IMG/VR virus record: IMGVR_UViG_2049941000_000719
DNA length: 49,604 nt
Source of the DNA: an uncultured virus (IMG/VR IMGVR_UViG_2049941000_000719)
Taxonomy: Duplodnaviria; Heunggongvirae; Uroviricota; Caudoviricetes
Reading direction: 5' to 3' (one strand)
Each line of letters starts with the position of its first letter. Positions within the stretch are counted from its first letter, which is position 1. The notes under the pieces were generated by a model. The model was not told where the DNA came from and did not search any database. It saw nothing but the letters and a program-made list of their open reading frames with translations. Positions 1 to 10,734 of this stretch are shown here, one piece after another. A program made the position numbers and the translations under genes.

Positions 1-249
1 TGAAGGATTATAAATATCTTTATAGCGTTTTGCAGAAGATTCTACAAAGATTTTAGCCATTTTAGCGGGTTTATAAATGTCTTGTTGATGTGGATGTATG
101 ATTGTAGTATATGGGTAATACTCTGAGTGACCATACATCTGATCATCATCAGAGTATTTTTCCAATATGTCCGGTGAATATGCTACATAATATTTTTCCG
201 ATCTCTTTGGACTCTTTCTTATTTTTTTAGAATTTTTCTTTGTTACCAT
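1..249 (-). CDS. Basic hypothetical protein, family A (runs off window start)
   Basis: Read manually: MVTRKNSKKIRKSPKRSEKYYVAYSPDI..., AGGGG RBS, open to position 1. Confidence 0.7.
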   Translation of the reverse strand, partial: MVTKKNSKKIRKSPKRSEKYYVAYSPDILEKYSDDDQMYGHSEYYPYTTIIHPHQQDIYKPAKMAKIFVESSAKRYKDIYNPS

Positions 250-270
250 GTTAATTTTCCCCTTTAATTT

Positions 271-795
271 TTAAAAGAACTTCTTTCCTCTTTTTCGTGC
301 TTTTCTCCTGAGATCTGTTATAACAGATTCATGGGTTTGTCTGTCTATCAAGTGGAATAATTCACCAACTTCCCCTCTGAATTTATCAGGATCACCATGG
401 CTAACGTTGTCCCGATTTTGGCTGTAATAATTGATAAGAGAATTCTGCCAATCACGGCGGGAATATTTCTTTTCAGCCTTATCACGTGCTCTCCGTATTT
501 GACTCGGTGTTGCAGGTATAACATGTATTTTTTTGACCGTCCCCCTTACTCCTGCGTACCGATTTGCTCCATCTCTTGCTTTTTTGCGAGAAATTCGGAT
601 ATTATCTGCACCCCAATTGGGGAGATAATAATCATAGTATTTTGGAGTGTCATAATTATCTTTCTCAAATATTGGATATGCTACATACATGTATTTTTTA
701 TCAGTATATTTTCTACCAGTCGATATATTATTGTATATTGATGGATAATACACTTCAGAATCTGTCTGTTTCCTTATAGATTTCTTTGATTTCAT
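271..795 (-). CDS. Basic hypothetical protein, family A
   Basis: AGGGGGA RBS; K-rich N-terminus; ends THESVITDLRRKARKRGKKFF. Confidence 0.75.
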   Translation of the reverse strand: MKSKKSIRKQTDSEVYYPSIYNNISTGRKYTDKKYMYVAYPIFEKDNYDTPKYYDYYLPNWGADNIRISRKKARDGANRYAGVRGTVKKIHVIPATPSQIRRARDKAEKKYSRRDWQNSLINYYSQNRDNVSHGDPDKFRGEVGELFHLIDRQTHESVITDLRRKARKRGKKFF

Positions 796-822
796 GTTAA
801 TTTCCCCCTTATATTTACTAAT

Positions 823-1341
823 TTAACGTCTTAATCTCAGTGATGATTTTCCGGATCTTCTCCGTCTCGCATGAGTTTTACTGGCTAATTTATACACTTC
901 TTTGGAATTTTCAACATTACGCCAATAATCAAATAGATTTCCATAGTTAAAGTCATCATAAAAATCTTTACGATGTGCGATACGTTTCTCTGCGGTCTCA
1001 TACGCTTTTGAAAGAGAGCTTACCAAAGATGAGCGCGGTACTCTAACCTGATATGATTTGTGTTTTAAGAAAGCATCTCCGGTAACTCTCTCACCTTTTT
1101 GATTATAGTAATGATATCCAACATCATCTGATAATTTTCTCACATCTTTTAAGAGACTACGTTCGTCAGATCTCTCTTCTGCCGATGGATGTAAGTTATA
1201 ATTTACAACTGGGTATCTGTCATGTGGTTGGCGATCCCACTCGGTATATGGATCATCTTCAATACGATGTAATGTGGGAATATATTCAATAGTACTATAT
1301 GATTTAAATAATTTTTTTGATTGAATCTTTTTTGCCGCCAT
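823..1341 (-). CDS. Basic hypothetical protein, family A
   Basis: C-terminal LASKTHARRRRSGKSSLRLRR shared with 10245 and 10735 ORFs. Confidence 0.8.
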   Translation of the reverse strand: MAAKKIQSKKLFKSYSTIEYIPTLHRIEDDPYTEWDRQPHDRYPVVNYNLHPSAEERSDERSLLKDVRKLSDDVGYHYYNQKGERVTGDAFLKHKSYQVRVPRSSLVSSLSKAYETAEKRIAHRKDFYDDFNYGNLFDYWRNVENSKEVYKLASKTHARRRRSGKSSLRLRR

Positions 1342-1343
1342 AA

Positions 1344-1826
1344 TTATCTCCTCCTTCCTTTGTATTTTTCTTCATCTACCCATCTGAACGCTTTCTGCCG
1401 GATGAATTCTCTGATTTCGTCGGGAGTGTATTCTGCAACACACGGTTCCCAATACTCTCCGTCAGTGTATCTGAAAAGAGCGTAAGGTATGTAATACCTG
1501 CCGTTCTTGTAAGCTGAACTTACCGTGCCGTCCGGGGCAATCTCAAGGACATATCCGCTTATGACATTATCTCTCGGTGCGCTCTTCTTCGACGTTGATT
1601 TGGATCTGCTCCTTGATGTCGATGATGAAGAGGATGATAAAGATGACCTTGTTTTGCGTTTCGGTTTAGGTTGCGACATCTCCCATGGCGGCATTCCGTT
1701 GTCCCAGAATTGCAGTGAACCTCCGCCTTGAGAATTTGACATATTCGATGCAACATTTCGCAGAAGTTGTCCCCCGAATAATGCAATCTTCTTTACAATC
1801 TCCTTTTTGGACGATTTCTTTGCCAT
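1344..1826 (-). CDS. Mosaic basic protein (LQFWDNG module plus family B module)
   Basis: GQLLRNVA..LQFWDNGMPPW shared with 2943 ORF; WEPCVAEYTP shared with family B. Confidence 0.8.
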   Translation of the reverse strand: MAKKSSKKEIVKKIALFGGQLLRNVASNMSNSQGGGSLQFWDNGMPPWEMSQPKPKRKTRSSLSSSSSSTSRSRSKSTSKKSAPRDNVISGYVLEIAPDGTVSSAYKNGRYYIPYALFRYTDGEYWEPCVAEYTPDEIREFIRQKAFRWVDEEKYKGRRR

Positions 1827-1843
1827 TGTTATTCCCCCATAGA

Positions 1844-2206
1844 TTATAATCTTGATGAACGACTTCCTCTCATACGCTTATGATGGATTGTTTTTCGCAT
1901 TTCTTGAGTCCAATGTTTTTGTATTATACCCATTAATTTATCATTAAAAGTTGACAAATCATCATCCGAATATATCAAAGGCTCTGCATCTGCTTTTATT
2001 TTTGGTCTGTTTTTTTGTGACACCCTGAAATATACATTCGTCGGTACAGATACCACATGCATTCGTTTTGGAAGTCTCTTTCCCTTAACTGTATCATTTA
2101 AATGACCTTTTGCATACTCATATGCCACATTACGAATTTTTTTGGGTGAGTCAATTGACATAGGCTGAGCATACATATATGGGACGTATTCATATGTATC
2201 CGACAT
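1844..2206 (-). CDS. Basic hypothetical protein, family A-like
   Basis: HVVSVP motif and Arg-rich tail as in family A. Confidence 0.65.
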   Translation of the reverse strand: MSDTYEYVPYMYAQPMSIDSPKKIRNVAYEYAKGHLNDTVKGKRLPKRMHVVSVPTNVYFRVSQKNRPKIKADAEPLIYSDDDLSTFNDKLMGIIQKHWTQEMRKTIHHKRMRGSRSSRL

Positions 2207-2223
2207 ACCACGAACTCTATATT

Positions 2224-2484
2224 CTAAATGTGNNNNNNNNNNGCTACATACAGGTATTCTTTTTCATATTTTGAGTTTAACCTGATTTTGCGCTTATATA
2301 TCTTTTCATTCATCTGCTTGGGTGTGTATTCTCCCGCACACGGCACCCAACCCCTCAAACCGTTGCCGGAATGTATCTCTTCGGGGATGTAGATTGTGTC
2401 GGATAATCGGGGACGCAAATATATGACGTTGCCCCTCGAATTCACCCCATAAACAATTTTGTGTGCACCAATTACTTCAGGCAT
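2224..2484 (-). CDS. Family B protein (3' end at gap)
   Basis: WVPCAGEYTPKQMNEKIY; GGAGG RBS. Confidence 0.75.
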   Translation of the reverse strand: MPEVIGAHKIVYGVNSRGNVIYLRPRLSDTIYIPEEIHSGNGLRGWVPCAGEYTPKQMNEKIYKRKIRLNSKYEKEYLYVXXXXHI

Positions 2485-2791
2485 GGTAGACCTCCTTATT
2501 ATTTACGGCATATCCGTTATTCTCCGGATTGCCGGTGTACTCCGTGAACCTTGCCGTTCCTTCTTTGATCATTTTGTTGATGTCAGCAATATGATAATTC
2601 CTCGGCATCATCCACGGTTTAATCCATTGGTCTTTTTTCGTGTTGTAATACTCAAGGACATACTGCTCAGCAGGATTATCTGAGCTTACTGCCCCGATTA
2701 CTCTTTCGTTATATCCAATGATATAATTCAGTCCGTTTTTCTGCGGCACGATGCGACCGACCGTGCCGAGACCTGATTTGTTTGTAAACAT
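2477..2791 (-). CDS. Hypothetical protein
   Basis: AGGGGGA RBS; overlaps next gene. Confidence 0.65.
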   Translation of the reverse strand: MFTNKSGLGTVGRIVPQKNGLNYIIGYNERVIGAVSSDNPAEQYVLEYYNTKKDQWIKPWMMPRNYHIADINKMIKEGTARFTEYTGNPENNGYAVNNKEVYHA

Positions 2792-2942
2792 GATATTTTC
2801 CCCCTATATCAATCGAATAATTCCTAAAAGGAATTATTCTTTCATTCTATAAGTATTGCGATATTNNNNNNNNNNATTTTTTTATAGATTTACTTGTTGC
2901 CATTTTCTTTTCCCCCTTAATTAAAAATTAATATTTTTTTGT

Positions 2943-3890
2943 TCACCATCTGCCAAACCCTGAATCTCCGTCTCCGAAACCCGAAAAGTCCGGGTATCCG
3001 AATTCAGGATATCCGAATTCAGGATATCCGAAGTCAGGTTCTGAGCGCTGTCTTTTCCTGCCCCGCGGTTTTGGAGCGCGGGTCGGCTGTGCCCACGGCG
3101 GAGCACCGTTATCCCAGAACTGAAGTGTGCTTCCTCCCGATGGCGGATACGGTGATCTGCCTCCGCCTGACCGAGATCCCGACTGCGGGTACATGTCCGT
3201 AGTGAGATTTGTTGCAACGTTTTTGAGGATTTGACCGGTTACTGCCGCGGCTTTTTTCGCATACTCCCATTTCTTGGACGGCTGTTGCGGTTGAGGTCTT
3301 GGTTGCGGTCTCGGTTGAGGTCTCGGCGCCGCTCTCATAGGTCTTGATGCCGGGTAGATTCCCCCGCGGCTTTCGGTTTTGGGATACCGCGGTTTGTGTC
3401 TCCCGTCATCGTCGCGATAGTAAGCTCTGCCGGACTCGGCACCGCCTGATCGCTTTCCCCCTCCGTAAGATGCCGGACGGCTCTTCGAGTGTCCCGAAGA
3501 TGATCTCCCCCTCGGCGCCGTTGTGTAACCCGATGACGGATACGGAGTCCTGCCGCGTGATGCCGCACCGCTTCCTCTGTGTTCAGCTCTCGGACGCGGT
3601 TTGTAGTCCTCATAATCGGACTCCTCGAATTCTTCCACGTCATCTTCTTCAGGTTCGTAGAAATATTCTTCATCCACACGTGCCCTGATTTTGTCATTTT
3701 CGGCACGCTGACGTTCAAGCTGATTTAATCTGTGTTCGATACGCTTTCGGCGAATTGCACGTTTTGTGTTTGAAACTGCGATGTCGATGCTTGTAGGGAT
3801 TGATTTGATATCGGAGATAAGATTCTTAATCATCCTCTCCCTACGCTCTTTTCGCCATTGTTTCTGTTTTTCTTTGTGTAACGATGCCAT
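2943..3890 (-). CDS. Low-complexity R/G/S/P-rich protein with PRPQ and PEFGY repeats
   Basis: 315 aa ORF; basic helical N-terminus, acidic patch, disordered RG-rich middle, LQFWDNG module. Confidence 0.8.
   Translation of the reverse strand: MASLHKEKQKQWRKERRERMIKNLISDIKSIPTSIDIAVSNTKRAIRRKRIEHRLNQLERQRAENDKIRARVDEEYFYEPEEDDVEEFEESDYEDYKPRPRAEHRGSGAASRGRTPYPSSGYTTAPRGRSSSGHSKSRPASYGGGKRSGGAESGRAYYRDDDGRHKPRYPKTESRGGIYPASRPMRAAPRPQPRPQPRPQPQQPSKKWEYAKKAAAVTGQILKNVATNLTTDMYPQSGSRSGGGRSPYPPSGGSTLQFWDNGAPPWAQPTRAPKPRGRKRQRSEPDFGYPEFGYPEFGYPDFSGFGDGDSGFGRW
2991..3038. repeat. 15-bp coding tandem repeat (PEFGY x3)
   Basis: ggatatccgaattca-type units, in frame in 2943..3890. Confidence 0.8.
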
Positions 3891-3929
3891 TGTATTTTCC
3901 CCTATTTTTGAACAAATTTTGATTTATGA

Positions 3930-4148
3930 TTAATACTTATCAACGAAGTAAGCCTCATCATTTATCAAAATACTTTTACTTTTTGTACCTTTGAGTTTGA
4001 ACCTAATACCCTCGTCTAACAATTTTCTTTTGAACTCCCCCCATGTATATTCCCCGGAACAATTTACCCATTCTTTGCGGCGATTTCTTCTTAAAGGGAT
4101 ATATTCGGCATAATTGTATGGTTTTCTTGCCATGAAATCCAATCCCAA
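3930..4148 (-). CDS. Family B protein fragment (start in gap)
   Basis: WVNCSGEYTWGEFKRKL. Confidence 0.6.
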   Translation of the reverse strand: MGLDFMARKPYNYAEYIPLRRNRRKEWVNCSGEYTWGEFKRKLLDEGIRFKLKGTKSKSILINDEAYFVDKY

Positions 4149-4360
4149 GACAATTTTATTATTTTTNNNNNNNNNNGAGCACTTATTTCAGAAGATATCC
4201 TTCCTGCACTGTAAGGGAATTTATCTTTAACCAAATTGTACTTTGCCAATCTTTCTTCAAATTCTCTATCTCTAAGTTTGTCTACTGCGATTTTAGGCAC
4301 AGGTACAACATACATTTTAATTTTTTGAAGATCCTTTGTATCAATATGCTNNNNNNNNNN

Positions 4361-4626
4361 TCACCCGCAACAACAAAGTTGTTTGTGTGTATAATCCGAA
4401 AAGGAAAACATATTCCAGAATCGGATATTACGGTAATTCTTTGGGGTATTTTGGTGAAGGTAATTTCAGTTACAAAGACTCCATCGGCAGGCTAACCCCG
4501 GAATCCGCAATATACTATATGTATAACCCGCCCAAAAACCGTCGATTAGGTTTCGGAAGTCCGATTCTTAAAGATGAGATAACTCATATTCTGCCGAAAT
4601 CGGTAATCGAGGCAATAAAAAACTAA
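4361..4626 (+). CDS. Family B-like protein, C-terminal part
   Basis: RNNKVVCVY and SIGRLTPES resemble 12205 and 13701 ORFs; start lost in gap. Confidence 0.6.
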
Positions 4627-4650
4627 AAAATTAAATTTGGAGATTAAATA

Positions 4651-4980
4651 ATGACAACTACACAAACCACCACAAATTTTTTCCGGAAAGTGCATCGCAA
4701 ACTGACTGTATCGTGCCTTCACGATGTTGTACATACGGGGATGTGTTCTATGATGCTATATTGGACTACTCTGTGGATAATTATGCTCAATTTCCCGGAT
4801 ATTCCCAATGCCGTAATCCTTACGGATGACATAAACATTCTGTATACTATCTTATTCGGAATCGTTTTGATTTGTGCCGCGGAGATCATATACAATCGCC
4901 GAAAAACAAAGGAATTTGTCGCGGCTGTCAAGGAGTGGAAAGCATATTATAAAGAACACAATAAGGAGATTGCCGATTGA
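4651..4980 (+). CDS. Two-TM membrane protein
   Basis: Two hydrophobic segments; VKEWKAYYKEH tail paralogous to next gene. Confidence 0.7.
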   Translation: MTTTQTTTNFFRKVHRKLTVSCLHDVVHTGMCSMMLYWTTLWIIMLNFPDIPNAVILTDDINILYTILFGIVLICAAEIIYNRRKTKEFVAAVKEWKAYYKEHNKEIAD

Positions 4981-5001
4981 ATCAATCAAACAGGATTCAG
5001 G

Positions 5002-5358
5002 ATGATTAACATGTCATTTAAAGAAAAATTATCAACACACTGGAAAAATTTCATAACCGAATTCAACAGACCGACGATTGGAAACCCATTTTTCATGGGC
5101 GCATGGTTTATGATGCTGTTCCTGATAGTCGGTTCAATAGTAATTATCAACATATTTGTCCATATGCCGCAGACTTTGGAAGTTTCAAAGACTATTCTCG
5201 GCGAGAATACAATGACGTATCTGTATGGAATGTGGATTGTAATACTTGCATTATTTATCTTCGATGTGATAAAATCTTTAGATTATAATGCGAAGGTAAA
5301 AAAGTGGAAAGCATTCTACGAAGAACACAAATTGAATATAAAAACGGAAAATAATTAA
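5002..5358 (+). CDS. Two-TM membrane protein (paralog of 4651)
   Basis: Two hydrophobic segments; VKKWKAFYEEH. Confidence 0.7.
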   Translation: MINMSFKEKLSTHWKNFITEFNRPTIGNPFFMGAWFMMLFLIVGSIVIINIFVHMPQTLEVSKTILGENTMTYLYGMWIVILALFIFDVIKSLDYNAKVKKWKAFYEEHKLNIKTENN

Positions 5359-5921
5359 ATTTTTACTTTTTTTCTCAAAAAAAAGAATTGTTACCAGATG
5401 TGTTTCAGAATTTCCTGCCAAGGTGCTTTGTAAACATATCCTTCGCCATAGTCCTGAACTTTAGGCATCGGAGATTTTGTCTTTTCTTTGCGTTTTGCGT
5501 ATCTGTTTGCCGGAGATTTGCGCAACGCNNNNNNNNNNGATTTAATTATGACCGGTAAGATTTTTTACCCTTAGTTACTCTTTTGTGACGTGCATATCTG
5601 CCGATTTCATAATTGGCATTAACACTCGATCTATCATAATTTGGATTTGATTTATTGAGATTTTTCTCAATGTTTTCATGTTTTACTAAAACCCTTTCCA
5701 GTTTATTCTTCGGGATACCTGTATAACCAAATATTCTTGGAGCCTTTTTTTCTGAAAACATAGGATAATGCGCATTTATTAACTGATACTGCGCTTTTTN
5801 NNNNNNNNNTAATTACATACGCAAATCCGGGTGATGGTATGATGTCTCCACCGGCAAGAACGCGCCCGTAATATTTACTCTCAAATATGTGTGGCATTTT
5901 TTAACTCCTTTTTTTTACATA

Positions 5922-6307
5922 TTATCTCTTGCGAGACCACATCTCTCTCCTGAAACCTAACCTCATCATTACGGATGCAGGTAATGCATCGTAAATATCA
6001 GGAGCGGAATGAATCTTTAAATGCGGATACTGATTACGAGGTGTGTTTAATAATTTAATTACGGTTTTCGGACTGAATCTGCCTGTTGCGGGTTCGGAAT
6101 ATACACCATATTTTGGACTGTATTGAACATACTCTAAAAAAGCAACCCACGGAACATTTCTTCCCGAAGTGCGACCTGCAACATTGATGACTTTCCCTTT
6201 ATATGTAATAAGACTGACAATACCATTTTCAGATATGACAGGCAGGATATCCAGTGATGGAACATCCGTAATTATCTCATAATATCCATCTTTGTAAACC
6301 GGATGAT
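5922..6307 (-). CDS. Family B-like protein (start in gap)
   Basis: Read manually: ..EPATGRFSPKTVIKLL..LPASVMMRLGFRREMWSRKR*. Confidence 0.6.
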
Positions 6308-6421
6308 NNNNNNNNNNTTTAATCCCCCTTTTCGGATTGATTTACGTAAATCTCTGTCGGGAATTCATACATCGCGATATCCCCGACGGATATAATTACT
6401 GAATCAGATTTTGTAAGACAC

Positions 6422-6518
6422 AATATATAATAATACATTACAAATCTCGTGGATTTTGTACTGTTTTAAAAAATACGGATAAAAAACAAAATTTGTAATG
6501 TATTTTTATATATTCCTT
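6422..6518. promoter_or_regulatory. Divergent pair of TTGTAATGTA-TATA promoters
   Basis: Motif on - strand at 6422-6445 and on + strand at 6489-6518, each followed by an AGGGGG RBS. Confidence 0.65.
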
Positions 6519-6794
6519 TATTGAAAAATTATATTTGTAATCTTAAAAGGGGGAAATTATGTTATTAGGTTTTGCAAAACAATCAAAAAGAACTCCCGAT
6601 ANNNNNNNNNNTAGATACAGGAACCTTATATATGTCCGATTCTCTGTTCCGATTTGGGTAATAACCATAATTGGTGTATGCAACAAATAACCGTGCTTTT
6701 GTTCGTATAGGTACACGGACTGCCTTTACTCTTGATGAACGCGGTATTGCTTTTTTCTTAGTTTTTTCAGGCATTTTTGATACCTCAATTTAAA

Positions 6795-7359
6795 TTAACG
6801 TCTCGGAATATAATGTCTCAAAGATCCATGTTCTTTTCTTTTCCTTGCACGGGTGTGTATGGCAGAACGTTCCAACTCTTTATAAACGATTGATTCCCCA
6901 TATCTCGATTCCACTCTGTCAAGAGAACGAGTGATAGGTACCAATTCCTCAGAATTAATAAGTCTATTTTTAATATCTCTCGTGAGTTTGCCTGCTTTAG
7001 CATGAGCCTTCATCCANNNNNNNNNNNNNNNNNNNNNNNNNNNNNNNNNNNNNNNNNNNNNNNNNNNNNNNNNNNNNNNNNNNNNNNNNNNNNNNNNNNN
7101 NNNNNNNNNNNNNNNNNNNNNNNNNNNNNNNNNNNNNNNNNNNNNNNTTACGTTCATCCGCTTGTGTCTTTCCCGGCATTATTGAAGTATTATGGAAAAC
7201 TATCGGGTAGTATGGGTCAAGATCCTCAAAATATTCCTCATATTTCTCAGAATATTGATCAGGATAATACGGTCTATGTGTCTTTATTGATGGAATAAAG
7301 GCAATCCCGCCATATGGCTTCCTTTTTACGGATTTTTTCTTAGATTTTACAGTTGGCAT
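6795..7359 (-). CDS. Family A protein (spans N gap)
   Basis: MPTVKSKKK start and HTRARKRKEHGSLRHYIPRR end flank the gap. Confidence 0.65.
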
Positions 7360-7374
7360 TTTTAAACCCCCTTT

Positions 7375-8156
7375 TTACCGCCTATAATATCCCATTCTGC
7401 GTAATTCATTTATTGTTGTATTTCGTCCGGGTTTCTTGGTGAAATTCCCGTTAGTTAATTTCCAAAACCTGTCGATATCAGCACCATTGGTATTTTTTNN
7501 NNNNNNNNCAAAATACAGATCCGCAGGTATAGCACTTATGTAAAAAGAATTCCTGACATATCCTCTCGGATAATCATTTGCATTATATGATCCGTTAAAA
7601 TGATCTCCCCACTGTCTATGCGCATCATTCACAGCGGACTGCGGGCTTGAACCAATCCCGNNNNNNNNNNGCTTTTTTAGCAATATTTGTACTTATTCCA
7701 TCATAAGTAAACCATGGAACTATTTCCAATACTTTGTCCGGGAAATTACTTGTTTTTCCCGCCCGTGGGTGATAATAAATACGGGTTACTAAACCATTGT
7801 TATTNNNNNNNNNNTTTAATTATCTCCTCGCGTATCCGGTCACGACGTTGATCGGGTGCCGCATACGGAATTTCACGGTCAACCTTTTCCGTGATGTGTT
7901 TCATCTCCGCATTATCCGTCGGCACCACACGGATTGACCGATTGTGTGCCTGACGTTCACGTTCGTTGCGGATGGAATACCTGCCGTAGATACCTTCATC
8001 GGGTGCAATATACATTTTTTTGTAGGCATCGTCGTATGAATATCCCCAATCGAGGAGATATTGATTGCCAACACCGCGACGTTCGGGATGAAGTCTCTTG
8101 GCAATTACTATGTAACTTTGCGGTGATTTGAACATTGCTTTTACCTCATAAATCAC
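7375..8156 (-). CDS. Two gap-interrupted basic hypothetical proteins
   Basis: ORF track 7375..7683 and 7800..8156; GIGSSPQSAVNDA resembles GIGSTRQGALEDA of the 9268..10218 ORF. Confidence 0.5.
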
Positions 8157-8162
8157 TTAAAA

Positions 8163-8636
8163 TTATTTAAAATAAATTTCCCGCCTATAATATCTGTTCA
8201 TGAGCGCCGAAGGATAATACTTGCCGGAAACATTTACACCACCATGCGGAGAGTTGTTTGTTTTTTGATAAGGATATTTTTTAACACCCGAATCATCAAT
8301 TACTGAGACTACATTTCCTTTTTTATCCAGAATGTAATCAAAATAATCAAATCCCAAACCTTCTGCGGCATGATCATCAACGCGACCAAAACCTAATCTA
8401 CCATATGGATGATACGGCACAACTTTCCTTGCATACATTCGTTCTGTTAATTGTTTGGGCGTATATTTCCCGCTGACATCTTCAAGCCCGTAACGGGTGT
8501 ATTCACAAGGGATGTAATTAACAGGACGATATTTCATTCCATAAAAGAATTGTTCCTGATTAGTTAATTTGACCACTTTCCCTTTACTATCTAAATGATA
8601 TTTGTAACCGTTGGTACCGTCAAAAATTTTTACCAT
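8163..8636 (-). CDS. Family B protein with two tandem modules
   Basis: DVSGKYTPKQL and NVSGKYYPSAL, each preceded by Y.LD.KG.VV. Confidence 0.8.
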   Translation of the reverse strand: MVKIFDGTNGYKYHLDSKGKVVKLTNQEQFFYGMKYRPVNYIPCEYTRYGLEDVSGKYTPKQLTERMYARKVVPYHPYGRLGFGRVDDHAAEGLGFDYFDYILDKKGNVVSVIDDSGVKKYPYQKTNNSPHGGVNVSGKYYPSALMNRYYRREIYFK

Positions 8637-8666
8637 TTCTTATTCCCCCTTTAATTGATTTTATAA

Positions 8667-9176
8667 TTATCTCCTCAGTAAAGGATGTTTTGAGCGGTTG
8701 CGCCGTTCCCTTTCCCTCATTAAGTGATCTAATAATGTCTCTGAATAGATCACGTCGCGCGAATATCTTAATTTTGGGGCTTTCTTTAAGACTTCTTGAG
8801 TATAATTCCATTTTTTTGAAAGAGTCATTGGTAATGCTACAATTGACCTGTTGAACATTTGGCGATCTTTCTCGGAATAGATATGATATTCCCTACCCAC
8901 AAAATCTTTGGCATAGTCCGGCAAAGAATCATACGGAGGTATTTTGCGTGCTTTCAACTGTGTACTTTTTGGTTCAAATATTCCAATTGAATGAGTATCC
9001 CACTCCTCAAGACGTACCCACTTACGTGTTTTGGGATCGCGTGCATATACCGCCTCATAATATGGTTTTTTGCTCCAATCGGGAACAAATTCATCATACC
9101 AATCATACCACTCTTGACGAGTCTTACATGATATGTTTGATTTAGCCTGTTTTTTAGATCTATTTTTTGTAACCAT
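8667..9176 (-). CDS. Basic hypothetical protein
   Basis: MVTKNRSKK start with GGAGA RBS; HPLLRR tail. Confidence 0.7.
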   Translation of the reverse strand: MVTKNRSKKQAKSNISCKTRQEWYDWYDEFVPDWSKKPYYEAVYARDPKTRKWVRLEEWDTHSIGIFEPKSTQLKARKIPPYDSLPDYAKDFVGREYHIYSEKDRQMFNRSIVALPMTLSKKWNYTQEVLKKAPKLRYSRDVIYSETLLDHLMRERERRNRSKHPLLRR

Positions 9177-9267
9177 CCTTATCTCTCCGTTTATAGTTTG
9201 AGTGTCTGTCAAAATATTCTGTTAAATTAATCAATATCAAGTTCTGACATATTACATCTCCTTATAA

Positions 9268-10218
9268 TCACTCCACATAAAATGCAGGTCTTTGCGAGCG
9301 TTTCCCTCTCTTAGCTTTATTCTGAGGAGTTTCAACAGGATTATTTATTCGATATCGATTATAATCTTGCTTGAGTTCTAATTCTTGAGGCATCCAAGCT
9401 CTCGCATCATTACGATAAGGTAAATATTTCTTCCAACTATCTGAATAATTGGACAAAAACCTATTTTTAGGAACAGTCATTTTCTTTTGCGATATTTTTA
9501 AAGAATTTGCATTTACCCATTTTGTTTCAAACATACAGAGATACCCATTATAAAGGAGTTGATCAACTTCCAGTTTNNNNNNNNNNNNNNNNNNNNNNNN
9601 NNNNNNNNNNNNNNNNNNNNNNNNNNNNNNNNNNNNNNNNNNNNNNNNNNNNNNNNNNNNNNNNNNNNNNNNNNNNNNNNNNNNNNNNNNNNNNNNNNNN
9701 NNNNNNNNNNNNNNNNNNNNNNNNNNNNNNNNNNNNNNNNNNNNNNNNNNNNNNNNNNNNNNNNNNNNNNNNNNNNNNNNNNNNNNNNNNNNNNNNNNNN
9801 NNNNNNNNNNNNNNNNNNNNNNNNNNNNNNNNNNNNNNNNNNNNNNNNNNNNNNNNNNNNNNNNNNNNNNNNNNNNNNNNNNNNNNNNNNNNNNNNNNNN
9901 NNNNNNNNNNNNNNNNNNNNNNNNNNNNNNNNNNNNNNNNNNNNNNNNNNNNNNNNNNNNNNNNNNNNNNNNNNNNNNNNNNNNNNNNNNNNNNNNNNNN
10001 NNNNNNNNNNNNNNNNNNNNNNNNNNNNNNNNNNNNNNNNNNNGCGAACCTTTCCACGGTATGCGGGAATATTCTATGTAGCCTATTGCGTCTTCGAGAG
10101 CGCCCTGTCTGGTAGATCCGATGCCGTAAATGGCTAATCCCTCGTAATCGACAACGGCAAATCTCTTTTGCCGTTTCCCTGAGCCGTGTCTTACCAATTT
10201 TATGTATTCCGGTGTCAT
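9268..10218 (-). CDS. Hypothetical protein(s) across a large gap
   Basis: AGGGGGA RBS at start; centre is N, may be two genes. Confidence 0.45.
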   Translation of the reverse strand: MTPEYIKLVRHGSGKRQKRFAVVDYEGLAIYGIGSTRQGALEDAIGYIEYSRIPWKGSXXXXXXXXXXXXXXXXXXXXXXXXXXXXXXXXXXXXXXXXXXXXXXXXXXXXXXXXXXXXXXXXXXXXXXXXXXXXXXXXXXXXXXXXXXXXXXXXXXXXXXXXXXXXXXXXXXXXXXXXXXXXXXXXXXXXXXXXXXXXXXXXXXXXXXXXXXXXKLEVDQLLYNGYLCMFETKWVNANSLKISQKKMTVPKNRFLSNYSDSWKKYLPYRNDARAWMPQELELKQDYNRYRINNPVETPQNKAKRGKRSQRPAFYVE

Positions 10219-10244
10219 TTTCTTTCCCCCTATTTTTTATCTAT

Positions 10245-10706
10245 TTAACGTCGTAACGACGTTCTCCCTTTATTGCTCTTTCTTTTAATGCGAGTGTGAC
10301 GAGCCAATTTTGCCAATTCCCGATCCCTTTCCTCAACAAATATGCCTGTCGGGATAGGTTCGTGATTCCGTCTCGCATAATCAATACGATCCTCTGCATT
10401 TCGGACGGCTCTCTTCTCAGCCTTTTTAAAAGAACTTAGCGGTACAGATGTGGTATAGAATCTGTGTTTTTTTATTTGATTTGTGGGTATTCCCAACCCA
10501 TGATAGCAATACTCAATATAGTTTTCTAAATTATCCCTATATCGATTTCTGGGATATTCAGGAACAACTCTTGAATGATACACAAAAGGTTCCCCACGTG
10601 TTAAAGAGATGTCTTTCTTTAAAGTCGGTGAAGTAGTTATATACACTTTTGTTTTCTTAGAGATTGGCGCAAATCTCATATCATCATAAGATATTTTTTT
10701 ACCCAT
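10245..10706 (-). CDS. Family A protein
   Basis: SVPLSSFKKAEKRA..LARHTRIKRKSNKGRTSLRR. Confidence 0.8.
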   Translation of the reverse strand: MGKKISYDDMRFAPISKKTKVYITTSPTLKKDISLTRGEPFVYHSRVVPEYPRNRYRDNLENYIEYCYHGLGIPTNQIKKHRFYTTSVPLSSFKKAEKRAVRNAEDRIDYARRNHEPIPTGIFVEERDRELAKLARHTRIKRKSNKGRTSLRR

Positions 10707-10734
10707 TTTGGTTTCCCCCTCTTAAAAATGGAAT

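Noticed and set aside
117..158. 10-bp inverted repeat as ncRNA or terminator
   Set aside because: Lies inside the open family A ORF <1..249
9507..10137. Long ORFs made mostly of X (also 15545-15869, 24381-24872, 38288-38658)
   Set aside because: Artefacts of N runs
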